Below, piece by piece: positions 53,029-60,370 of a DNA stretch of 62,853 nt (positions are counted from its first letter, which is position 1; each line of letters begins with the position of its first letter). The position numbers and the translations under genes are program-made. Below the pieces are notes generated by a model. The model ran no database searches, was not told where the DNA came from, and was given only the letters and a program-made list of their open reading frames with translations. Origin of the DNA: a virus; the IMG/VR virus record IMGVR_UViG_3300037419_001387; one strand, 5' to 3'.

Positions 53029-54834
53029 TCACGCAGCGAGCCGGTGCTGCTGTCGTGCGGATTCGACGTAGACGACGAGCTGCGTGCAGATGCGGTCCCA
53101 GTCGGTGTCCAGGAAGAACACCGCCGACTTTTCGCGCTTCGCCGGCTTGATGCCCAGCGTGTTCTCGATGAACACGGCCGTGATCGGCAGGCTGATGCGC
53201 TCGTGGATCTCTTTCATCGTGAGCGTCGGATTGCCGGCGCGTAGCGGTGTAACCTTGCTGGTGTTCGCTGCCCTTGCGATGGTCAGATCGGCCGTGAGGT
53301 CCGCAGTAACGCCTTCGAGCGCAGTCTGGAGTTCGGGCGGTAGCGACTCGGACTTCCGCGATTCGGCAAGCGCCGCAGATGCCTTCGATGCAGCGTCGTT
53401 TTCCTCTTGGCGGCGCTTCGCTTCGGCGGCTTCGCGCTGCTCGCGCTCAACCTTCTCACGCGTTTCGCGCTCCAGCCGCTCGCGGGTTTCGCGTTCCTTG
53501 CGCTCCTGTTCGGCGCGGTGATTCGCGATGCGCGCGTCGATGACCGTTGCGACGTCATCGCACGGCTTGAGCACGAGCTCGCGCGTATCGGCGAACAGGA
53601 ACTTGTGGTCGCTGGCCTTGTCGCGCAGCGCGTTGAGGTTCGTCTGGATCCGGCGGAACACCTCGTCGGCGCCAATCTTGCATTCCGCGAGCTCGTTGGA
53701 GCATGCCTCGCGCAGGCTCGCGACGGTCCTCTTGTTCTTCATCACCTCGGCCCAGTTGCCTTCAGTGCGCGGCATGTACGGCTGCCCGAGCGCCACGTTC
53801 AGTTGCGCAACGTGATCAGCGAGGGCTTTCGTGAACTCCTGATGGATCTCCAGCCGGATTTCACGCTTGCGCGCGTCGACCATCTTCTCGCGCGCCAGGC
53901 GCGTCGACTTCGCGAGCTCGCGCAGTTCGGACACGAGGTTGCGCATGGTCTGCACGTCGGCGATCGACGCCAGCGCGCGCGACTCTTCGGACTCGAGCGC
54001 TTCCTCGGCCTTCTTCAAGGCCTTGCACGCGGCCTCGGTATCAGCGAACTCCTGATCGGTCGACGGCCTCGTCGGGATCTTGTCGATGAACGATCGCAGT
54101 GTCTGGCCGAACACATCAAGGTTCGACTTCACCGCGAGCGTGCCGGTGACGTTTACGAGCACCGCCGGCAGACTTTCCATCGGCTGGGCGACGACGCGTG
54201 GCGCGTCCGCAGGCGGAGGCTCGAAGGTGGGCAGTTCCTTGTCGCCCTGCTTCCACGCCTTGACGATGCGATCGCGCAATTCGAGGTTGGGGAAGTACCA
54301 GCAGTGACGCGCGTCGGTGACGTTGCCATCGTCGTCGATGTCGCCGGCGGAGAACAGGAACTTCTCGGCGCCGCTGATGGCCAAGTCCTGCTCCATCTGA
54401 ATCTGGTGATAGATCGGCAGTGCACGGCCGCAGCTGCCGTCGTCCTGGGCGAGGTCGAACTGCGCGAACACGGCGCGCAATTCATCGTTGAGCGACTTGC
54501 ACTCCCAGCCGATGTCTTCGGCCATCGTCAGCCCGTCGTACGATCCCGAGAGGTAGCCTTCGTCATCGGTGGCCACGAGCGGATACAGCGCTTCGCCGAT
54601 GATCTTCTCGGCAATCGGCCGCAGCGCGGCCTCGATCGCGTGGCCCTTGTCGAACCGCTGCTGCTCCTGCGGCGTCGGCTCGGGCCGGATCCCCGTCTTG
54701 AGGATCGTGAGCAGTTCGGTGCGCGTCATGTATGGCGACACGCCGAGCATGGCGGCCGCTTCGCTCGCGTTGCGGGCGGTGCGGCGATGGGCATGCCACT
54801 CGGGCGTGCCTTGCTTGAGGTTCAGGACTTTCAT
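53029..54834 (-). CDS. YqaJ/lambda-exonuclease-type recombination exonuclease with a C-terminal extension of about 400 aa
   Basis: LKQGTPEWHAHRRTARNASEAAAMLGVSPYMTRTELL and YDGLTMAEDIGWECKS are exonuclease motifs. The extension contains ERKERETRERLERETREKVEREQREAAEAKRRQEE. Confidence 0.75.
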   Translation of the reverse strand: MKVLNLKQGTPEWHAHRRTARNASEAAAMLGVSPYMTRTELLTILKTGIRPEPTPQEQQRFDKGHAIEAALRPIAEKIIGEALYPLVATDDEGYLSGSYDGLTMAEDIGWECKSLNDELRAVFAQFDLAQDDGSCGRALPIYHQIQMEQDLAISGAEKFLFSAGDIDDDGNVTDARHCWYFPNLELRDRIVKAWKQGDKELPTFEPPPADAPRVVAQPMESLPAVLVNVTGTLAVKSNLDVFGQTLRSFIDKIPTRPSTDQEFADTEAACKALKKAEEALESEESRALASIADVQTMRNLVSELRELAKSTRLAREKMVDARKREIRLEIHQEFTKALADHVAQLNVALGQPYMPRTEGNWAEVMKNKRTVASLREACSNELAECKIGADEVFRRIQTNLNALRDKASDHKFLFADTRELVLKPCDDVATVIDARIANHRAEQERKERETRERLERETREKVEREQREAAEAKRRQEENDAASKASAALAESRKSESLPPELQTALEGVTADLTADLTIARAANTSKVTPLRAGNPTLTMKEIHERISLPITAVFIENTLGIKPAKREKSAVFFLDTDWDRICTQLVVYVESARQQHRLAA

Positions 54835-55850
54835 CAGTTGGCTCCTCGGATTTCGGAAAGGCGCTTGTCGTACGCGGCATTGAGGCGCTTGCGCGCGTCG
54901 GCATCGGTGACGAGCTCGATCTGCGAGGCGGCGGTGTTCAGCGCGTCCTCGTCGTTGGCGGCGTCGATGGCCGACTGCACCGACTTCTCGCCGAGGCCGT
55001 CGGCCTTCGATTCGGCCTTCGGCTGCGCGTCGGTCACGTTGTCGATGACCTGCTTTTTCAGCGACAGGATCTGCGCCTTCTGCTGCTCGGTGAGGTGCAA
55101 CTCGGGATTGCGCAGGGCGACCGCATCGAGGATTTCCTGCGGTGTCTTGCCCTTGTTGATCGCGCGTTGCCAAGATGGCATCGCTTCCTTGAAGTCGCGA
55201 TCCGCCCACGGTGTCGTCTTCTTCTCGGGCGCAGGTGCAGGGGCAGGCGCGCCGACGACTTCGGCCGCACCCATGTTTCGTTCGGTGACCGGAATGGCTT
55301 CGAGCTCGTCGGTCGTATAGACGCCCAGGATCGCGCCGGGCTTGAATGCGCGCGCCCAGTTCTTCACCTGCAGGTACCCCATTTGCTGCTTGGGGTTCGT
55401 CTTCCAAAGCGGTGAGTTCTTCGTGGTCACCGAGGAAATCGACAGCCACTCACCCCACGTGATTTCTCTGTCGCCGGCGCAAACGGCGCCCACGCGGCAT
55501 TCGAGGCTGTTGCCTTCGCCGCGGTACTCGTACTTGAACGTCCCATCGGTCGCGCCCGTGGCCTGAAGCACGGCGTTCACCAGCTGCGCCTCGTAGCCGA
55601 GATTGCCGTTCACGATGTGGGTCTTCTGCGCCACCGCGAACGGGTTCATGTTCCATTGCGTCGCCTGCATGACGACGGCCAGGCAGTCGCCGGGCTTGCC
55701 GCGGAAATGCTGCGGCACGGTGATGGTGGCTTCGCTCATCGCGCGCGCGACGGCCATCATCTGGTCCATCATCGGCGCGCTGAGCATGAGACTCGACGAC
55801 TGCTGGGCAGTGACGAGCGCTGTGGTTTCTTGTGGTGTGGAAGCTGTCAT
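54834..55850 (-). CDS. recT: RecT/Red-beta-type single-strand annealing protein
   Basis: GAGGAGAAAC RBS. 338 aa. Contains QWNMNPFAVAQKTHIVNGNLGYEAQLVNAVL. It is adjacent to the exonuclease through a TGATG junction. Confidence 0.7.
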   Translation of the reverse strand: MTASTPQETTALVTAQQSSSLMLSAPMMDQMMAVARAMSEATITVPQHFRGKPGDCLAVVMQATQWNMNPFAVAQKTHIVNGNLGYEAQLVNAVLQATGATDGTFKYEYRGEGNSLECRVGAVCAGDREITWGEWLSISSVTTKNSPLWKTNPKQQMGYLQVKNWARAFKPGAILGVYTTDELEAIPVTERNMGAAEVVGAPAPAPAPEKKTTPWADRDFKEAMPSWQRAINKGKTPQEILDAVALRNPELHLTEQQKAQILSLKKQVIDNVTDAQPKAESKADGLGEKSVQSAIDAANDEDALNTAASQIELVTDADARKRLNAAYDKRLSEIRGAN

Positions 55851-55872
55851 GTTTCTCCTCGCTGGAGTGGGG

Positions 55873-56043
55873 TTAGAAGAAGCCGTAGCGCCGGCCGATG
55901 AAGCCCAGGGCGAATGCGGCGATCGCGATGAGCACGCCGCGGCGCGACCAGCGCAAAGCGAAGTCACCGATAGACCAAGGGCCGCCGTCATAGGGGCCGT
56001 CGATTCCGTAGTCGGGTTCGAAGGTGCGATCGCGATCACGCAT
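55873..56043 (-). CDS. Small C-terminally anchored membrane protein
   Basis: MRDRDRTFEPDYGIDGPYDGGPW...GVLIAIAAFALGFIG. Its start overlaps the upstream stop by 8 nt. Confidence 0.45.
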   Translation of the reverse strand: MRDRDRTFEPDYGIDGPYDGGPWSIGDFALRWSRRGVLIAIAAFALGFIGRRYGFF

Positions 56044-56458
56044 GCGGCACCTCGACATTGACGGTGTTCGAGTCGGGTGCCTTGCAGGCGTCGAGCAGCA
56101 TCAACGCAAGGCGCACACGCGTGTCGCCCTGCATGTACCACGGCAAGAGCTCGTCGAACTCGCCCGCGCGACTTCCGTGCTCGTGCGCGAAGACGCGCAA
56201 GGCCTCCAGCGTCATCGGGCCGAGCTCGCGGCTGATGGGTGACACCCAGTTGCGCCGGCCGCGCTCACGTCGGTCCTGCCACTCCTCGGGCGTCTTCATT
56301 CCGAAAAGGCCATTCAGAAGCGAGTGGCGCTCGAACGGCAGCGTGAGCGATGCAATCTGGCCGAGCATTTCGTCCCACGACAACGGCCCGCTATGGCGCT
56401 CGCCTTCGTGCACGCACCAGCCATTGCCGGCGCCGTAGATCGTGATGGTCCGAGTCAT
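56036..56458 (-). CDS. Hypothetical protein
   Basis: TGATG junction. MTRTITIYGAGNGWCVHEGERHSGPLSWDEM... Confidence 0.55.
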   Translation of the reverse strand: MTRTITIYGAGNGWCVHEGERHSGPLSWDEMLGQIASLTLPFERHSLLNGLFGMKTPEEWQDRRERGRRNWVSPISRELGPMTLEALRVFAHEHGSRAGEFDELLPWYMQGDTRVRLALMLLDACKAPDSNTVNVEVPHA

Positions 56459-56721
56459 CACAGCCCCCGGCCGTGCTTGAGGCGCAGCTCGTCCCACTCG
56501 CCGCCGCGCTTCATCGCGTTGATGCGCAGGTCTGCCTCGATGCGGCGCACCTCGGCGTCGACGTCCTCGGGTGTGAGGTCTTCGTTGCTGGGCTCGCGCC
56601 AGTTCGGGTCGAGCCGGATCGTGCTGGAGTCGCTGGGGTCGATGACGTGCGGAACGCGCGCCTTCGGCTGTGCTTCGATGCCGACGAGCTCGTCGCCGGT
56701 CTTTGGTGTGCTTGAGTCCAC
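56458..56721 (-). CDS. First gene of the leftward early operon, function unknown
   Basis: GTG start with an AGGAG RBS. 87 aa, acidic. Confidence 0.55.
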   Translation of the reverse strand: MDSSTPKTGDELVGIEAQPKARVPHVIDPSDSSTIRLDPNWREPSNEDLTPEDVDAEVRRIEADLRINAMKRGGEWDELRLKHGRGL

Positions 56722-56762
56722 TTGTCAGCTCCTGAGCCCGAGTTGCCGGGCTTGTGGGACTG

Positions 56763-56802
56763 ACTTTAGCCGGGTTAAGTTATAGAGTCAAGCAGACTTA
56801 AG
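56763..56802 (-). promoter_or_regulatory. PL-like early promoter with flanking CTTAAG-type operator half-sites
   Basis: The minus strand reads CTTAAG tctgc TTGACT, a 17-nt spacer containing CTTAAC, then TAAAGT. Confidence 0.5.
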
Positions 56803-56809
56803 AAGGCGG

Positions 56810-57004
56810 TCATTGAACCGGATCCACGGGAATCGATCCGCGACCGGTGAGGTAGCGAACTTCACCTGTCCATCGATTCACGAGAAAGATGGCAGGAACG
56901 TCGCTCGATCCTGCGGCCGGATGAGTTTCGATGGCCTGCCAGCGGGTGCACCACGCGAGCGCGACGATCGTGGCCAAGAACAGGCTGGGCCAGACCCACT
57001 TCAC
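56810..57004 (-). CDS. Small membrane protein translationally coupled to cI (rex/sie-like position)
   Basis: The GTG overlaps the cI stop (GTGA). MKWVWPSLFLATIVALAWCTRW is a TM segment. 64 aa. Confidence 0.55.
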   Translation of the reverse strand: MKWVWPSLFLATIVALAWCTRWQAIETHPAAGSSDVPAIFLVNRWTGEVRYLTGRGSIPVDPVQ

Positions 57005-57744
57005 AGCTGCTCGCTCTTCCAGACCGTGAGGATTCGCCCGAACACTTCGAAACCGTCGGATGCCGCAATTTTTGCGGTGATGTCAAAAGGCTCGTAGTCT
57101 GGATTCTTCGATTTCGCGCGAAGGATCACGCCGGCGTCGGTGGGGATGCGCTGCAGGATCTTGATGAAGCCGTGGTTGTCGACGCGGAAGAAGTACACGC
57201 CATCGATGTCGACCTGCTTCACGCCGCAGTCGCAAAGCAGCGGGTCACCCGGGTTGAACATGCCTCGCATCGACGATCCGAAGCCGGTGACGATCGCGAG
57301 ATTTTCGACGGCCGTGTAGTGGCCGACGTTCAGGCGTAGCCATTCATGATTTACCTTCCACTCTCGGATCACGCCCGGCGGCCGGGCTTCAAGTACAAGT
57401 CCATGTCCCATGGCGCCGGCGGCGTCGTATTGAGGAATCGTATGGTCCGCGCTCTCCGCAGATTGTGTCGTAACGGGATATGACGCGTGTGGCTCAGCGG
57501 CGATGACCGCGCCCTTGTGTGACTCTTCCAGGCCGCTCGGTCCCTTGCCGGATGCAAGCCACTGTGGGCTGATGTCCAAGAAGGCTGACGCGGCGATGAG
57601 GTTGCCGCCGCGCATCGATTTGATTTCTCCGCTCAGCCATTGAGACACGGTCGATTCCGTCGTCGGCACGGCTTTCGCCAGGTCCGCCGCAGTCTTTTTG
57701 CGCACTGCCAGCGCGTGTTTAAGTCGATCGCCTAATGTCTTCAT
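57001..57744 (-). CDS. cI: CI-type repressor (HTH plus S24 LexA-like autopeptidase domain)
   Basis: DRLKHALAVRKKTAADLAKAVPTTESTVSQWLSGE is the HTH. GSSMRGMFNPGD carries the Ser and GFIKILQRIP the Lys. The start was trimmed to MKTLG; the track extension covers the operator region. Confidence 0.85.
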   Translation of the reverse strand: MKTLGDRLKHALAVRKKTAADLAKAVPTTESTVSQWLSGEIKSMRGGNLIAASAFLDISPQWLASGKGPSGLEESHKGAVIAAEPHASYPVTTQSAESADHTIPQYDAAGAMGHGLVLEARPPGVIREWKVNHEWLRLNVGHYTAVENLAIVTGFGSSMRGMFNPGDPLLCDCGVKQVDIDGVYFFRVDNHGFIKILQRIPTDAGVILRAKSKNPDYEPFDITAKIAASDGFEVFGRILTVWKSEQL

Positions 57745-57841
57745 CTGGTCAAGCCAGCTTAAGCCCGGATCGCTTAAGTGTTCCGACGATGAGCTTAAGT
57801 CTTCTTGACTCGATGCCTTAAGGCGACTTAAGATCGCGGTC
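57745..57841. promoter_or_regulatory. OR-like divergent control region with five CTTAAG palindromes and a PR-like promoter
   Basis: CTTAAG occurs at 57758, 57773, 57794, 57817 and 57827. TTGACT (57805..57810), an 18-nt spacer, then TAAGAT (57829..57834). No Shine-Dalgarno precedes the cro ATG. Confidence 0.6.
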
Positions 57842-58087
57842 ATGGCTACTCAACCTGACCGCAAAACCCCGACCCACAACCTGCTGCTGGCCATTGGCGG
57901 CCAAGCGGCGATCGCCCTGGAATGCGAGGTGAGCGAGTCGGCCGTCTCGCAATGGGCAACGGAAGACCGCCTGCCCAGCGCACGCGAGAAGTACCTGCGG
58001 CTGGCCCATCCGGGCAAGCACTGGGCCGACTGGGACGCGACGCGCGCTGCGGCCAACGACGAGAACAAACAGCAGGTGGGCACCTGA
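57842..58087 (+). CDS. cro: Cro-like / YdaS-type HTH regulator
   Basis: Divergent from cI. Contains LLLAIGGQAAIALECEVSESAVSQWATEDRLP. Confidence 0.7.
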   Translation: MATQPDRKTPTHNLLLAIGGQAAIALECEVSESAVSQWATEDRLPSAREKYLRLAHPGKHWADWDATRAAANDENKQQVGT

Positions 58088-58186
58088 TGTTCACCGCCAT
58101 CGCCGCCGCTTCAAGCGGCAACACCGAACCCCGCGCAGCGGCGCGTGTGCGCCGATCGACACCTCCTCCAGACGACGCGCGGGCTT

Positions 58187-58230
58187 GGCCGCCCGGATAG
58201 CCACAACTGTCCGGGCGGCCACTTTCTCAC
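58187..58230 (+). terminator. Hairpin after cro (tR1-like terminator or antitermination site candidate; weak U tract)
   Basis: GGCCGCCCGG, a 14-nt loop, CCGGGCGGCC, then ACTTTCTC. Confidence 0.35.
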
Positions 58231-58255
58231 CGAACAACAGCGAGGGACTCAAACG

Positions 58256-58576
58256 ATGGACAAGCAACAAGGCGACGACTTCAGAGCAGCGTGCGAGCAC
58301 CGCACCGCTGGGCGCGACATCTTCGGCCCGCTCGATGACCACCTGCCCGAGGTGCGCATCCCAGCGGAAGTGAAGGTCGACGCCATGCGCGCGGCCAGCA
58401 AGCTCGGGCTGGACCTCACGGCGTGGATCCGCGAGCTGGTCTACGAATCGATTTACGGGGCTGATCACATCGGGATGCTCTACCAACAGCGCGCCGAGCG
58501 CGTCCGCGGTAATGCCCGGCAACGCGACACGATCCCGCTTCGTGTCGTCGACCAGAAGGAGGCGCCCCGTGGCTGA
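58256..58576 (+). CDS. Hypothetical protein in cII-like position (possible ribbon-helix-helix)
   Basis: GAGGGA RBS. Contains VRIPAEVKVDAMRAASKLGLDLTAWIRELVYESI. Confidence 0.5.
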   Translation: MDKQQGDDFRAACEHRTAGRDIFGPLDDHLPEVRIPAEVKVDAMRAASKLGLDLTAWIRELVYESIYGADHIGMLYQQRAERVRGNARQRDTIPLRVVDQKEAPRG

Positions 58577-58760
58577 CCAGATCCTTCCGGCAACGATCGC
58601 TCAGCTGGCAGACGCCGCCGCGCGCTTGGCAGTCGAGACGCATGAGACGCAGCCGAACCCCTTTGACGAAGGCTCGCCCGACGCCATCGAGTTCCAGCGC
58701 CGCTACGAAATCGCGCTGCTGCGTCACTCGCAGCACGAGGAAGGCGAGGCGAGCGCATGA
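58569..58760 (+). CDS. Hypothetical small protein
   Basis: The GTG start overlaps the upstream end by 8 nt. 63 aa. Confidence 0.45.
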   Translation: MADQILPATIAQLADAAARLAVETHETQPNPFDEGSPDAIEFQRRYEIALLRHSQHEEGEASA

Positions 58761-59053
58761 CATCCAGGTATTGGCCCGGAACGCGCATCCCGCGCAGTAG
58801 CGGCAACGCGTTCGACGTCGAATCACGCAACGAGCCGTCGATCTTCATGGCGCACCGCACGTTCGTCGCGAATGCGAATGGCGAAAGCCAAAGCCAGACC
58901 GCGACTCGCGCAGTGCAGAAGTTCGAGAGGCAGACTGGCAAGAGCCGCGGCACCGTCTACGGGATCTCGAAGAAGAGCGACGCCGCCGCCGAGGAATTCC
59001 AGCACCGCATCGCCGAGCGCAAGACCCGCGCCCCCGGGCATTACAGGGGGTAG
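58757..59053 (+). CDS. Hypothetical protein
   Basis: ATGA overlap. 98 aa. Confidence 0.5.
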   Translation: MTSRYWPGTRIPRSSGNAFDVESRNEPSIFMAHRTFVANANGESQSQTATRAVQKFERQTGKSRGTVYGISKKSDAAAEEFQHRIAERKTRAPGHYRG

Positions 59054-59057
59054 GGCG

Positions 59058-60209
59058 GTGCACTACGAGTTGGTTCACGGCGACAACCGCGACGTTATGC
59101 GTGCGCTCGCGCCTGCGAGCTTCGACGCGATCGTGTGCGACCCGCCGTACGAGCTCGGCTTCATGGATAAGGGCTGGGACAAGAGTGGCATCGCGTACGA
59201 CGAGCGCGTCTGGAAAGGCGCCCTACGTTGCGCAAAGCCCGGCGCGTACCTGCTGGCATTCGGTGGCACGCGCACCTTCCACCGCGTCATGTGCGCGATC
59301 GAGGACGCCGGCTGGGAACTGCGCGACACCATCATGTGGGTCTACGGCGAGGGCATGCCCAAGGGCACCGACAAAGCCAAGATCCCGGAGCCGTGGCGCG
59401 GCGAGTGGAACACGGCCCTGAAACCCGCGTGGGAGCCCATCATCGTGGCGCGTGCACCCATGATCGGCACGCTCGCGCGCAACCTGCAGGTGCTCGGCAC
59501 GGGTGCCATGAACATCGAGGCGTGCCGCGTCCCGGTTGACGATGCAGCATACGCGCGCAACTGCTCCGGCGATCGCGGGCACGACGGCACCCGGTCGATC
59601 GACAACACCGACGCGACAAGCATGCGTACCGGCGGCGGAAGTGCTGCATCCGGTCGCTGGCCCGCGAACCTCGTGCACGACGGCAGTAATGAAGTCGTCG
59701 CGCTGTTTCCGAGCGAAGCCGGCGCGCAAGCACCAGTGCATCGCAGGAACGGCGACAAGTTCCGCACGACCTATGGCGCGTTCAAGGGCGACATCGACGA
59801 GCAGGGCAGCACGTTCCAAGGCGACAGCGGCAGCGCCGCTCGATTCTTCTACTGCGCCAAGACGACACGCACTGACCGCAACGAAGGCTGCGAGCACCTG
59901 CCGCGCCGCGCGATGAACTGGAGTAGTGGCGATCAGAACCCCGGCAGCTTCCAAGCTGAAGGCACGGATCGCTCGAGTCCGAACCATCACCCCACGGTCA
60001 AGCCAACGGCGCTCATGCGCTGGCTGTGCCGCCTGGTAACGCCACGGGGGGGGGTAATCCTCGATCACTTTGCTGGAAGCGGCAGCACAGGGAAGGCCGC
60101 AATGCTTGAGGGCTTTCGCTTCGTCGGTATCGACAACACCGCCGATTACATAGAAATCGCGCGAGCACGCATCGAGTTCGCTCGAGGCAAGGCGGAGCAA
60201 CCCTCATGA
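59058..60209 (+). CDS. Beta-class N6-adenine/N4-cytosine DNA methyltransferase with a long central insertion
   Basis: The GTG start follows a G-rich RBS. IVCDPPY (motif IV) lies near the N-terminus. HHPTVKPTALMRWL and ILDHFAGSGSTGKAA (motif I) lie near the C-terminus. Confidence 0.8.
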   Translation: MHYELVHGDNRDVMRALAPASFDAIVCDPPYELGFMDKGWDKSGIAYDERVWKGALRCAKPGAYLLAFGGTRTFHRVMCAIEDAGWELRDTIMWVYGEGMPKGTDKAKIPEPWRGEWNTALKPAWEPIIVARAPMIGTLARNLQVLGTGAMNIEACRVPVDDAAYARNCSGDRGHDGTRSIDNTDATSMRTGGGSAASGRWPANLVHDGSNEVVALFPSEAGAQAPVHRRNGDKFRTTYGAFKGDIDEQGSTFQGDSGSAARFFYCAKTTRTDRNEGCEHLPRRAMNWSSGDQNPGSFQAEGTDRSSPNHHPTVKPTALMRWLCRLVTPRGGVILDHFAGSGSTGKAAMLEGFRFVGIDNTADYIEIARARIEFARGKAEQPS

Positions 60210-60370
60210 AGCGCGACGTGATGCCCGCACCACTGCTCAATCCAGAGCAGCAATACCTCGCCGACCTTGAGCTGGTGAAGCGCGAGGAAGAGCGGATCGT
60301 GGAGCAGGGCGGCGAACCCGATGACTTCTTCATCGCGATGGGACAGATCGCAAGGGAGCGTCTCGGGTGA
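60206..60370 (+). CDS. Hand-called 54-aa ORF
   Basis: ATGA overlap upstream and GTGA overlap downstream. MKRDVMPAPLLNPEQQYLADLELVKREEERIVEQGG... Confidence 0.45.
   Translation: MKRDVMPAPLLNPEQQYLADLELVKREEERIVEQGGEPDDFFIAMGQIARERLG

Noticed and set aside
57745-57843. 33-aa N-terminal extension of the CI ORF reaching 57843
   Set aside because: It would place the operators and the PR-like promoter inside the coding sequence and overlap the cro ATG. The HTH domain begins right after the internal Met at 57744.
58087-58200. 37-aa ORF (MFTAIAAASSGNTEPRAAARV...) starting at the cro stop
   Set aside because: Coding character is mediocre, and its 3' end runs into the first arm of the hairpin that begins at 58187. 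It is kept only as a remote possibility.
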